DNA of 64,000 nt from Candidatus Eiseniibacteriota bacterium (GTDB lineage Bacteria; Eisenbacteria; RBG-16-71-46; CAVPCR01): positions 608,001 to 672,000 of the forward strand of contig CAWGMA010000003.1 in assembly GCA_963823555.1 (NCBI GenBank), read 5' to 3'. Position 1 is the stretch's first letter. Every line of letters begins with the position of its first letter. The translations under genes were made by a program, and so were the position numbers. This document shows positions 21,785 through 31,848 of this stretch, piece after piece. The notes beneath the pieces were generated by a model that made no database searches, was not told where the DNA came from, and saw nothing but the letters and a program-made list of their open reading frames with translations.

Positions 21785-23284
21785 ATGGAAGCGCATGCGG
21801 CGAGGGGACCGAAGGCCCGGTGGATGTGGGCCGGCATCGGCCTTGTCCTGATTGCCGGCGCGCGGACGGAGGGAGCAACGCGGCGAGTGCCGGCGGACTT
21901 CCCGACCATCCAGCTTGCCATCGATGCGTCCGAAACGTCCGGTGATACGGTGCTCGTGAGCCCGGGGACCTACGTCGAGAACATCGAGATCCTACACAAG
22001 GACATCGTGCTCCTGAGTGCGGAAGGTCCCGAGATAACCATCATTGACGGCAGCCAGCCGTCAAACCCTGACACGGCATCTGTTGCATTCCTGCTCGGCG
22101 TCGGAATTGGAGGGAAGACCGAGGGCTTCACCATGCGGGGAGGGGCAGGCGCAATCGGTGTTATCTCAGGAGTGGGCACCGGAGGCGGTGGCATCTGCAT
22201 TGTCGATTCCATCGATGAAGGCCCGACGATCCAGGGCAACTGGATTCTCCACAACATGGCCACTCGTGGTGGCGGCGTGCTTGTTGCGGGCGCAGCTCGC
22301 GTCCTTGGCAACCGCATCGCATTCAACACGGCAGAAGACGGAGGGGGCGGCATTGGGATCTTTGAATCGGGTCTTCCAACTAGTACGCCGCGCCGATTGA
22401 TTGCCGACAATGAGATCTTCTTGAATCAAGCATCCAGCGGAGGTGGGATCGCCTATGTTCCCTTCAACGGAGGCGCCGGGTTCGATGGGGTCGACATCCT
22501 GGGCAATGTGGTGGCCTGCAATCAAGCGGTAAGCCAAGGGGGTGGAATGCGGGTATCAGGCCACCCGGGGAGCACGCGTATCGAGGGGAACACGATTTTC
22601 GGGAACTGGAGCCAGCAGCTAGGGGGCGCGATGTACCTCTGGGTGCTGTCCGGCAACCAGCTCGAGGTCCAAGGCAACGTGGTGGTCTACAATCTCGGCG
22701 GAAACGCCGTGGACTGCTCTGATCTCCCCGGCCCGCAACCGATGTTCACTTGTAACGACATCTTCGGCAACCAGCCGACGAACTCGGTCGGTGAGGTGTG
22801 CGGGGAGGTGCTGGGATTAAACAACAACTTCAGTCTCGACCCCGCGTTCGGCAGTGCCGACTGCGCCCCGACAGAACCCTACCATTTCTGCCTTCTTTCG
22901 GGATCGCCACTGCTACCCGAGAACTCGCCTCCGGGCTGCGGGCTGATCGGAGCGCGGGGGGCGTGCGCATGGGTCGGGATCGAAGTGTCCGAGCCGACTC
23001 CTCGTGCGGATCCGGCGGTGCTCCCAGCCCAGCCCAACCCCTTTGCCGAGCGGACGGCGATGCCGATCGATCTCCCTGAGGCAGCCGAAATCCGGGTTCA
23101 GATCGTGAACGCCCGCGGCGCTGCGGTCATCGAGCTGACGCCGGGTCGTTTTCCGGCAGGGGAGCATCGCGTTACCTGGGACGGACGTGACGCGCGCGGT
23201 CGCCGGTGTCCGGCAGGTGTCTACTTCGCGAGGATGCAGGCGGGAGAGCGGCAGTTCCAGAGCCGGCTTCTGCTGCTGCGTTGA
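21785..23284 (+). CDS. Secreted beta-helix protein with FlgD-like C-terminal domain (module 1)
   Basis: VPADFPTIQLAID, GGGI repeats, PNPF...WDGRD...AGVYFARM. Confidence 0.87.
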   Translation: MEAHAARGPKARWMWAGIGLVLIAGARTEGATRRVPADFPTIQLAIDASETSGDTVLVSPGTYVENIEILHKDIVLLSAEGPEITIIDGSQPSNPDTASVAFLLGVGIGGKTEGFTMRGGAGAIGVISGVGTGGGGICIVDSIDEGPTIQGNWILHNMATRGGGVLVAGAARVLGNRIAFNTAEDGGGGIGIFESGLPTSTPRRLIADNEIFLNQASSGGGIAYVPFNGGAGFDGVDILGNVVACNQAVSQGGGMRVSGHPGSTRIEGNTIFGNWSQQLGGAMYLWVLSGNQLEVQGNVVVYNLGGNAVDCSDLPGPQPMFTCNDIFGNQPTNSVGEVCGEVLGLNNNFSLDPAFGSADCAPTEPYHFCLLSGSPLLPENSPPGCGLIGARGACAWVGIEVSEPTPRADPAVLPAQPNPFAERTAMPIDLPEAAEIRVQIVNARGAAVIELTPGRFPAGEHRVTWDGRDARGRRCPAGVYFARMQAGERQFQSRLLLLR

Positions 23285-23315
23285 CCGCGTGGCCGGGGCC
23301 GCGTACTGCTATATC

Positions 23316-24215
23316 TGTCCGTCCCGAAAACTCCGTAGCGCGGGTCCGTTGCGCTTTTGGGCGCGTAGTGTCCGAAAATACGATCGTGCTGCCAGGACGC
23401 CATTTACAGCGCATCTGATAGCATCGTTGGATGCTCGATGCCATCCGCTTCCGCCTCTTCCTGGCCCCTCAGCACACCATTCCCCTGAGCCTCTCGAACA
23501 TCTCCTCGTCGGATACATGGGTATAGACGACTGACCGTCCCGAAAACTCCGAGTCGCGGTTCCATCTGTCTGTCCGTCCCGAAAACTCCGTATCGCGGGT
23601 CCGTTGCGCTGTTGGGCCGGATGGATCCTCGGAATGCTGGTTGGCAGCATGATCCTGGTGGAACCGAAGAGCACGAGTGCTGGGAGTCGCTGTGGTTGGC
23701 GCGTTCGGGACACGCGTAGTTGTCCGAAAAGTCGATCGCGCTGCAAGGACGCCAGTTACAGCGCACCTGATAGAATCGTCGGATGCTCGATGCCATCCGC
23801 TTCCGCCTCTTCCTGGCTACTTTCGCCGGCTGGGTTGGCCGTCGCCAGGCCCGTGCAATCACCTATCTTATAGAGGCTCTTCCGGGAATCGTGTGGGTAA
23901 ACGGGTGCCGATCGGAGAGCCGTGGATACTGACGCCCCGAAGCCTGGGGCTTGGACAGCGGCCCACTCCCCACCTCTCCCGTCAAGCCGCTGCCCACAGT
24001 CTCCACGGCTCCAACAACTTAGAAGCTGTCGCATGATTTCCCCCGCCCCGGCCTTGAGGCGTCGGGCCCGGCGCGATCGGAGCCCTCGGGCGCTGGCTCC
24101 CTGGTTTCACGCACACGAAAGCCGGAAGAGCCCTTATAGAAGAGAACCGCGTCCTGAAGGAACAGCTCCAGTCGGGCGGTCGCCGCCTGCGCTTCACCGA
24201 CGACCAGCGCCGCCG
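23316..24215. mobile_element. Mosaic of IS ends and fragments
   Basis: Three TGTCCGTCCCGAAAACTCC-like ends of the 46452 element, two left ends of the 19844 element, and a tyrosine recombinase C-terminus at 23469-23530. Confidence 0.75.
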
Positions 24216-24481
24216 AGCTTGACAGCCTCGATGAACAGGTATCAAATCGTATCGGCGGTCTCCCGGCTAGGGAAGCCCCTTCGAACCGACCACGTGGCTG
24301 TGCCCACAGCGGTTCACCCGCCCTGGACGCTCCAGCGGCCTGTTCGTTGAGCCCCTACCGGGCGATCCATGGAATCGTCGTGGCGCGGAGGGAGATCCCC
24401 GGTCACGAAGAGCAGGCAGGGTAGAGTTCATTACTATTCCTAGGCTTGCCGGGATCAGATTGAATCATGGAGGGTGCTCTA

Positions 24482-24721
24482 ATGAAGACGACCGCTTTAG
24501 CCGTCATTCTCGTCTCTGCTGTCGCCGTTGCCACCGCTGTGGCTCCCGATCTTGCTTGGGCTCAGCCCGAATGCACCGAAGTCTGGTTTCAGTTGGAGGA
24601 CCCGCTGCATGACCCCCCATGCACCTGCACGATTGTTGCTACCGAGAGCATCCTGTCAGGCGACTACCTGATCCAGGAGGTCGATGGCGCTTGCTTCATG
24701 GTATGTCAACCTTGTCCATAG
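24482..24721 (+). CDS. Small secreted Cys-rich peptide (module 2)
   Basis: GGAGG RBS; signal peptide, AQPEC...DPPC...SILSGDY...CFMVCQPCP. Confidence 0.8.
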   Translation: MKTTALAVILVSAVAVATAVAPDLAWAQPECTEVWFQLEDPLHDPPCTCTIVATESILSGDYLIQEVDGACFMVCQPCP

Positions 24722-24730
24722 TCTAACGTC

Positions 24731-27070
24731 ATGAGTGCATTAACACACGGCCGGGCACTTCACCGCTGGCAAGCCACCAGAGCAGGTTCCCCTTGGCGCC
24801 ACGGCTGGGGACTTGCTCTTGCTCTGGCGTTGGCGTCCACTCCCAGCGCCGCCCTGACCATTCTGGTTCCTGGGAATGCCCCGACGATCCAGGGGGGAAT
24901 CGATCTTGCCGCCCCAGGCGACACCGTCGTTGTTGCCGCGGGTATCTACACAGGTGCTGGCAACCGTAGCCTCAACTTCTCCGGCAAGGCGTTGGTACTG
25001 CGGTCGGCGGCTGGACCAGCAGCCACCACCATCGATTGCCAGAACCTTGCTCGGGGCTTCGTGTTTGAAACAGCGGAGACGCCCCTCACAATCGTTCAGG
25101 GCTTCACGATTCGGAACGGTCTCGCAGCACTTGATTATGGCGGGGGCATGATCATGTCCGGCTCATCGCCTACCATTCGCGACTGCGTCATAACGAATAG
25201 CCATGCCAACAGTGGTGGTGCTCTCTTTCTCAGCCAAGCGTCACCGCAGCTCGAGGGATGCACGCTCTCGGCCAACAGCGCCGACAACTGGGGCGGGGCC
25301 ATCTATTGCGAGAGCTCCTCTCATCTCACCTTCACTGACTGTGTCGTCGCTGACAACTCCTCGGCGATGGGCGCCGGCATCTACGCGCTTGCCGGCACGG
25401 AACTCGCGATCAGTCGCTGTAGCTTCATGCGGAACATCCCGGTGAATCTCGCTGGAGGTATTTTCGCCCAGGGTGCCACGGTTGGCATCAGGGGTTCCAG
25501 CTTTAGCGCAAACGAAGGCAAGTATGGAGGTGGCATCTACGGCATCGACGGATGCTCAGTCACCGTGGATAGTTGCTCCTTTTCAATGAATGTCGCGGAC
25601 TTCGCCGGTGGTGGATTGTACACAGACCAATCGTCTCTGTCTCTGGCCGGGTGTACATTCCAGGGCAATCGAACCACGACGGAGGCCCCTCCAGGCATCA
25701 ACGGGGGAGGGGCCGGTCTTCACGCCGAGACCTTTGCCTTGCCCACTGCTGTCTTCTCGATGTCAGACTGCGTGTTCACGGATAATGAGACCTTCGGTGC
25801 CGGTGCCGATGGGGGAGGTGCGTTCGTCAAATTCGGTCAGACCCCGCGGATGACAGTGGAGCGCTGTGTCTTTTCGGAGAATCATGCGGATCGATATGGC
25901 GGAGGTGCGCGCGTATTTGGCGCTCCATACACGATTCGGGACTGCGCATTCAGCGGCAACACGGCTGGCAATGATGGGGGTGGGCTCGAGGCCAGCGGGG
26001 GGGTGGGTCAGGAGTGTCTCATAGTCGACTGCGTGATCACCAACAATCACAGTGGTACACGGGGGGGCGGGCTAGAACCCGGTGCCGGCAGTGGGTCGCT
26101 GACAATCTCCGGGTGCACCATTGCAGAGAATACCGCGGCGATTGAGGGCGGAGGAATCCGGTATCTTGTCTCCCCTACCGTCACTTCCTCACCAACGTTG
26201 TTGATCGAGAGCTGTCAGTTTACCCGGAACAGCGCTGGCCAGGGGGGCGGTGTCTACGTGCGGACCGGTTCGCCGTATGGTACTGGGGACACGAGGATCA
26301 CCAATTGCCTGTTTGATCGGAATGCGGCCACGATGGGCGGTGGGATCGCTGTCATGCCGCATCAGGGTAACGGTGCCGCTAGCATTGAAGGCTGCACATT
26401 GGTCAACGGTGCTTCGCCGGACGGGGGAGGGCTCAAGGTCGGCTCACTCTATGGGACATGGGGGAGCCGGACGGTCAGCGTCGAGGTCGCAAACTCGATC
26501 ATCGCATTTGGCGAAGCCGGGGTGGCAGTGAGTGTCGATACGCTGAGTACGGCTGTGCTGTCTTGCACGGACATCTTCGGCAATGCGGGCGGCGATTGGA
26601 CCGGACGGATCGCCGACCAACTTGGGATCAACGGTTGCTTCTCGGCGGACCCGCTCTTCTGCAATGCGGTGGCTGGAGATTACACACTGGCGGAAACCTC
26701 GCCCTGCGCCCCCGCGCATTCGCCGGTAGGGTGCGGGCTGATCGGGGCTCACCCGGTAGCGTGTGCGGCACCGATCGGGGTGGCGGATGAGGGAGCGCCG
26801 AGGATTGGCCCGCTCCTGCGTGTGCTGCCGAACCCGCTGCGGGGGGCGGGGACGATCGAGTGGATGGGAGCAGGGGTCGCGTCTGAGTTGCGGCTCTACG
26901 ACGCCGCAGGCCGACTGGTGGCGAGGCAGAGGGGTGAGGGCAGCCGCGGCCGGATGTCGTGGAGCGACCTGACCAGAGGCGGTGATGTGGCTTCAGGGGT
27001 GTACTTTCTGGAGTTGGGGTCGGACGGTGGAGGAGTGGCTGCTCGGTCGCGGCTCGTGGTGATTAGGTAG
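24731..27070 (+). CDS. Secreted beta-helix protein with constant FlgD-like C-terminus (module 2)
   Basis: PTIQGGID, GGAI/FxxN repeats, SGVYFLELG. Confidence 0.9.
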   Translation: MSALTHGRALHRWQATRAGSPWRHGWGLALALALASTPSAALTILVPGNAPTIQGGIDLAAPGDTVVVAAGIYTGAGNRSLNFSGKALVLRSAAGPAATTIDCQNLARGFVFETAETPLTIVQGFTIRNGLAALDYGGGMIMSGSSPTIRDCVITNSHANSGGALFLSQASPQLEGCTLSANSADNWGGAIYCESSSHLTFTDCVVADNSSAMGAGIYALAGTELAISRCSFMRNIPVNLAGGIFAQGATVGIRGSSFSANEGKYGGGIYGIDGCSVTVDSCSFSMNVADFAGGGLYTDQSSLSLAGCTFQGNRTTTEAPPGINGGGAGLHAETFALPTAVFSMSDCVFTDNETFGAGADGGGAFVKFGQTPRMTVERCVFSENHADRYGGGARVFGAPYTIRDCAFSGNTAGNDGGGLEASGGVGQECLIVDCVITNNHSGTRGGGLEPGAGSGSLTISGCTIAENTAAIEGGGIRYLVSPTVTSSPTLLIESCQFTRNSAGQGGGVYVRTGSPYGTGDTRITNCLFDRNAATMGGGIAVMPHQGNGAASIEGCTLVNGASPDGGGLKVGSLYGTWGSRTVSVEVANSIIAFGEAGVAVSVDTLSTAVLSCTDIFGNAGGDWTGRIADQLGINGCFSADPLFCNAVAGDYTLAETSPCAPAHSPVGCGLIGAHPVACAAPIGVADEGAPRIGPLLRVLPNPLRGAGTIEWMGAGVASELRLYDAAGRLVARQRGEGSRGRMSWSDLTRGGDVASGVYFLELGSDGGGVAARSRLVVIR

Positions 27071-27108
27071 GGGGGCGAGCGCCGGGGGCCGCGGCAGAGA
27101 CGGAGAGT

Positions 27109-27418
27109 GGTTCGCATACCGTCCCATTTGGGGAGCCATCGTGCGGAGTCGCGAACTGCAAGCGGCTCCGTGGTTGACAGGAGACCCCGACGGAGAGATC
27201 CGCCGGGGTCTCGTTCTTATGCGAGAAATGGCACCGAGTTGCGGGTGCAAGCGCGGCGGGTGCGACTCTCTGTTTGCGAACCGGGGGAGTTGGCGGCCCG
27301 AGGTGGCGTCGCGAAATGGGCGGTTGGCGGGCGAAACTCTCTCTTCCACGGCGAGAGTCGGAGAACTGGTTAACAGGTGTGGCCTACTTGGGGGGCCAAG
27401 TAGGACGGGTTTCGAGAA
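27109..27418. repeat. Repeat X copy 2, starting with the att-like core
   Basis: GGTTCGCATACCGTCCCATTTGGGGAGCCA...CCAAGTAGGACGGGTTTCGA. Confidence 0.75.
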
Positions 27419-27692
27419 CGCTTGGTCCGGTGCTCGTGACGCTGCGCACATCGCATAATCGCGGCAAGGCGTCTTGCACCTTCACGGCGACCCAGGAATC
27501 TACAAAGAGAATTGTAGCCATTCAGCGTCGCGCGGACTTGTTCACGCTACTGGCGCGGCGTAACGTTGAAGGCGTGGGAACCTGGGCAGGCCGCCTAGGA
27601 CAAGACCCAGTCCCGGCACGTGGGAGCAGCGACTCGGAGGATTCCAATGATATCCCGGCGACTTTTCGGCGATATTGGCCGCGTGGCGATCC

Positions 27693-27847
27693 CGTAGTGT
27701 CCGAAAAGTCGATCGTGCTGCCAGGACGCCAGTTACGGTGCATCTGGTAGCATCGTCGGATGCTTGATGCCATCCGCTTTCGCTTCTTCCTGGTCCCTCA
27801 GCACACCATCATCCCCCTCAGCCTCTCGAACATCCCCTCGTCCGACG
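27693..27847. mobile_element. IS481 left end fused to tyrosine recombinase 3' end
   Basis: Same chimeric junction (CTTCCTGGYCCCTCAGCACACCAT) as at 23364-23530. Confidence 0.7.
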
Positions 27848-27953
27848 GATGGATCGAAGCTGCAACGGGCGTTCCAGATTCCGCGTTCATGTTGCATTCG
27901 AGTTTCAACTTCACCTTTCGGCAGATCGGTTTCCTACAAGGCCGGATTTCTGC

Positions 27954-28120
27954 TTGCCAGGGTGTGAAGCGAGGAGCATCCTTGAACTCGGTTCCCCGGC
28001 TCGGACCGCGAGCCGGGCCCCAGGCCAGACCTCACCGCCCGGCGACCCCACGCGGGTCCCGGCGCCAAGCCGCCCGACGATGAGGCCCGACGAGCAAGGA
28101 GTTTCAGCGGGAGGTGGGTT
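27954..28120 (+). promoter_or_regulatory. Conserved promoter plus structured leader, copy 2
   Basis: TTGCCA-N17-CATCCT; CCGGCTC..GAGCCGG hairpin; AGGCCAGACCTCACCGCC core. Confidence 0.72.
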
Positions 28121-28507
28121 GTGAAGGCAAGTGTTCTCTTCGTGATGCTCGTGACAATGGTGGGACTGAGCTACGGGGTGTGCGCGGCGCAACCCGATTG
28201 TACGAACGTCTACCTGAAGATCTACGATCCAGTAAGCGATCCACCGTGTGGGGACCAATCCGGCGTGACCACGGGTTGGTTCATCCACGTGACTTCGTCG
28301 CCGTCCTCAGTCAATGGTGGGACGTGCTCAACGTTCTCGCTCAACCAGCTCTACGCCGACGTTGACTTCTTTAACACTCTGGGCTGCGGCACGCAGCATG
28401 TCTTTACCTGTGACATCGCAGCGAGCTCAAGCATCCTTTCCGGATACTACGAGCTTGATGACCTGGGTGATGGCTGTTTCCGGGTGTGTGAGACATGCAC
28501 CCCGTAA
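28121..28507 (+). CDS. Small secreted Cys-rich peptide (module 3)
   Basis: GGAGG plus GTG; signal peptide; ends CFRVCETCTP. Confidence 0.82.
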   Translation: MKASVLFVMLVTMVGLSYGVCAAQPDCTNVYLKIYDPVSDPPCGDQSGVTTGWFIHVTSSPSSVNGGTCSTFSLNQLYADVDFFNTLGCGTQHVFTCDIAASSSILSGYYELDDLGDGCFRVCETCTP

Positions 28508-28593
28508 GGAGGGGGAATCGGAGCCTCAAACTATGGGGACTGCGCGATTCGGTCCCCGGAGCTAGGGCGAGCGCATTGAGTCGTCAGGGACGA

Positions 28594-30795
28594 ATGGACT
28601 ACATGGGAGCTATACTAATCTCTGTCTTCCTGCTTCAAACGACAATCATCGCACCGGCTCTTGGAGGAATAGTTCATGTCCCTTCGGAGCAATCGACCAT
28701 TCAGGAGGGGATCAACACTGCCGCACTTGGTGATACCGTCCTCGTCGCTCCGGGAACCTACGTTGGCGCCCTGAACCGTAACCTCGATTTCGGTGGCAAG
28801 AACTTGGTCCTCCGATCCTCCGGGGGCGCTGCCATCACGATGATCGACTGCCAGAGCCAAGGTCGTGCGCTGCACTTCCACAGCGGCGAGTCGGTTGCTG
28901 CAATGGTGGAGGGTTTCACGATCCGAAACGGACTTGCTGCCGGCACCGTCGGCGGTGGGCTGTTGATCGAAGGTGGAGCGACGCCGACTATCAAAGAATG
29001 CCACCTGGAAGCGAATCACGCGATCACGGGTGGTGGGGTCTTTGTGGCTTCGGCGGTGACGTTGATCGACTGCGATCTCGAGGGAAACATCGCGGACAAC
29101 TGGGGCGGTGGGATCTACGCCGAGAGCGCCATACTGAGCGCTCGGGGCTGTGCGCTGACGCGGAACGGAGCTGGGATCGGTGCCGGGATGTATGTGACGC
29201 TCGGCACCACGGCAATGGTGTCCGACTGTAACTTCACGGAGAACTCGCCTGTGAACCGGGCAGGAGGGATTCACGGGTCGGGGTCGTCGTTCATCGTCCA
29301 GAGGTGCAGCTTTGTCGAGAACACGGGGCGGGAGGGAGCGGGAATGTGGCTTCTCGGAGGGACCGCGACCATCGATAGCTGCACTTTCATCATGAACATG
29401 GCGCAGTTCAGCGGAGGTGCAATACGGGCGGAGGGTGTAGAGGGCTTCCGGCTGACTGGGTCAATGCTGAGAGATAACACTGCGCTTGAGCATGAGATTG
29501 GCTACGACTTTACGGGCGGAGGGGGACTCGCCTATCGGAACAGAGGGGCGCTAAGCGTCGGACCCTACATAGCTGACAGCATATTCCTCGCAAATCGGGC
29601 CCTTGGACTGCCTGCGATTGGAGTTGGAGGATACGGTGGTGGCATGCGGATTGCCAGCGGATCGGGCGACAGCTTGCTTGTGGAGCGCTGCCAGTTCATC
29701 GGCAATCATGCCGACGACGTTGGGGGAGGGGCGGACGCTCCCGGAGTCTATCGGAGCTGCATTTTCGAGGGGAATAGCGCCAACGCCTGCGGAGGCTTGA
29801 GTGGCGGGCTCGAGCTGAGCGACTGCCGATTCACGGACAATCATGCGCTCACTGTGGGTGGAGCGTGCATACCGAGCCGTGGCATCATCATTCGCTGTGA
29901 GTTTTCTGGCAATTCTGCGAGTCAAAACGGAGGGGCTTTGCGGTGGGTGTATTTCAGCCCTCTATTCATTGAGGACTCGCGATTCGCGGACAACTATGCG
30001 AACCAGGGGGGCGGCGTCTTCATGTACAACGTGGATCCGGCCTCGATTACGGGATCTACATTCGAAGGCAACACGGCTACGACCGACGGCGGCGCCCTGA
30101 GCATCTGGGGGCCGGCATCTCCAGCATCTGTTACGCTGTCGGGCTGCACCCTGGTAGGAAACAGCTCACCGGTAGGAGGGGGCGTGTCGGTGAGGATACC
30201 GGTCAATATAGAGAACACGATCATCGCCTTCGGCATGGAGGGGGAAGCAGTGACCTGCATGGGCGACGGAGTCGGCGTGATGTCGTGCACTAATATCATC
30301 GGAAACGCCGGCGGCGATTGGACGGGATGCATCGCCGACCAACTCGGGATCGACGGGAACTTCTCGGCGGACCCGCTCTTCTGCAATGCGGTGGCTGGAG
30401 ACTACACGCTGGCGGAAACCTCGCCCTGCGCCCCCGCGCATTCCCCGGTAGGGTGCGGGCTGATCGGGGCTCACCCGGTGGCATGTGCTGAGCCGATCGG
30501 CGTGGCGGATGAAGGAGCACCAAGGATTGGCCCGCTCCTGCGCGTGTTGCCGAACCCGCTGCGGGGGACGGGGACGATTGAGTGGATGGGAGCAAGGGTC
30601 GCGCCTGAGTTGCGGCTTTACGACGCCGCGGGTCGACTGGTGGCGAGGCGGAGCGGCGAGGGGGGCGGTGGCCGGATGTCGTGGAGCGAGCTGACCAGAG
30701 GCGGTGATATGGCCTCAGGGGTGTACTTCTTGGAGCTCGGGACCGGCGGCGGAGGTGAGGTGGCTATTCGATCGCGGCTAGTGGTGATCAGGTAG
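28594..30795 (+). CDS. Secreted beta-helix protein with constant FlgD-like C-terminus (module 3)
   Basis: Paralog of 24731 and 31849; start uncertain (ORF opens at 28495). Confidence 0.9.
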   Translation: MDYMGAILISVFLLQTTIIAPALGGIVHVPSEQSTIQEGINTAALGDTVLVAPGTYVGALNRNLDFGGKNLVLRSSGGAAITMIDCQSQGRALHFHSGESVAAMVEGFTIRNGLAAGTVGGGLLIEGGATPTIKECHLEANHAITGGGVFVASAVTLIDCDLEGNIADNWGGGIYAESAILSARGCALTRNGAGIGAGMYVTLGTTAMVSDCNFTENSPVNRAGGIHGSGSSFIVQRCSFVENTGREGAGMWLLGGTATIDSCTFIMNMAQFSGGAIRAEGVEGFRLTGSMLRDNTALEHEIGYDFTGGGGLAYRNRGALSVGPYIADSIFLANRALGLPAIGVGGYGGGMRIASGSGDSLLVERCQFIGNHADDVGGGADAPGVYRSCIFEGNSANACGGLSGGLELSDCRFTDNHALTVGGACIPSRGIIIRCEFSGNSASQNGGALRWVYFSPLFIEDSRFADNYANQGGGVFMYNVDPASITGSTFEGNTATTDGGALSIWGPASPASVTLSGCTLVGNSSPVGGGVSVRIPVNIENTIIAFGMEGEAVTCMGDGVGVMSCTNIIGNAGGDWTGCIADQLGIDGNFSADPLFCNAVAGDYTLAETSPCAPAHSPVGCGLIGAHPVACAEPIGVADEGAPRIGPLLRVLPNPLRGTGTIEWMGARVAPELRLYDAAGRLVARRSGEGGGGRMSWSELTRGGDMASGVYFLELGTGGGGEVAIRSRLVVIR

Positions 30796-30845
30796 GCGGG
30801 CCGAGCACCGGAGGACGAGTAGAGGGCGCCACAGAGGCGGAGAGT

Positions 30846-31088
30846 GGTTCGCAAACAGTCCCACTTGGGGAGCCAAATGTGGCTGTCTGCGAGGCGAGAT
30901 GGGTACGGTAGTCCGTACCACACCTCGACCGTCAGGCGGTCATGAACGAGCACCTTCTTCACTACTTGGTGGAAGAGGTGCTTCTTTTGTGGGTTCGTTC
31001 CGGCGGCCATCACCTGCTCGAAGTCGTCGATGAGTGCGGCAACTCGCTCGCGGTCAAGTGCGGGCAGTTCGAGTTGCTCGACAGCCAT
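30846..31088 (-). pseudogene. Large serine recombinase C-terminal remnant with att-like core (30846-30875)
   Basis: [43 protein letters not shown]...HIWLPKWDCLRT. Confidence 0.55.
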
Positions 31089-31390
31089 GTGTTATCGATC
31101 AAGGGACACAGCTACCGGCTGCGGGAACGCACCCTGGCCACGACCCAGGCCCCTGCTCTCGCCCCGGCCTGAGCAGACTCGGAACCAGAAAGGAGGTCAG
31201 AACTTACCGTGATCAGCCCGGATCCTCAGCAGGGGTGGTCCACTTTTCGCCGTTCACCTTGGACCAGTTTTCAATGTTCGTTGACAATCGCTAGCTGAGC
31301 ACCGTCCCCGACCCCGAGGGGACATCGAACCCGACGATCAGGGGACATCTTAACCCGGTGATTCGGGGACATGCCGATCCGACGTTGACA
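31085..31390 (+). mobile_element. IS21-family remnants: istB C-terminus and two right ends
   Basis: HVLSIKGHSYRLRE*. Ends ...GTTGACA at 31286 and 31390; the second has three GGGGACAT internal repeats. Confidence 0.65.
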
Positions 31391-31771
31391 AGAGAAAGTG
31401 CTGCAGCGCATGCCCGTAGTGCCCGGTCGCCTCCAGACCGAATCGCACCTCGCTGCTGCCACTGGCAGCGCGCGCCAACTCGACCCGCTCCAACAGCTTG
31501 GCGAACCCCTCCCGGTCGTTGCTGAAGGAGAACGGCCGCTGAAAACGGCCGTCAGGAAGCCGGATCGCGGCCACGTGGCGTCGCTTTGCCACGTCGATGC
31601 CCACCACCAGCACACCGGACTTGATCGGAAGCCGACCGTTCGCTTTACTCGCCATGGGACTGCCTCCTCGTTGCTCGAGCCAAAGACCTTACGACCTTCG
31701 ACTCGGCAGCTTGGGACAGTCCTCCTACTTCTTCAAGACTGCCGTCTCCCCGCCTGTCCGCTTATAGCACT
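31391..31771 (-). mobile_element. IS110-family remnant: left non-coding end plus N-terminal DEDD transposase (ATG 31655)
   Basis: VVGIDVAKRRH, GLEATGHY. Truncated by an IS21 end; the left end abuts the att-like core. Confidence 0.8.
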
Positions 31772-31848
31772 CTCCCCAAGTGGGACGGTTTGCGAACCAT
31801 TCTCCGCCTCTGTGGCGATCTCTACTCGTCCTCCGCTACTCGGCCCGC

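Noticed and set aside
23316..23720. CRISPR array
   Set aside because: The repeats are IS termini with irregular spacing; no cas genes.
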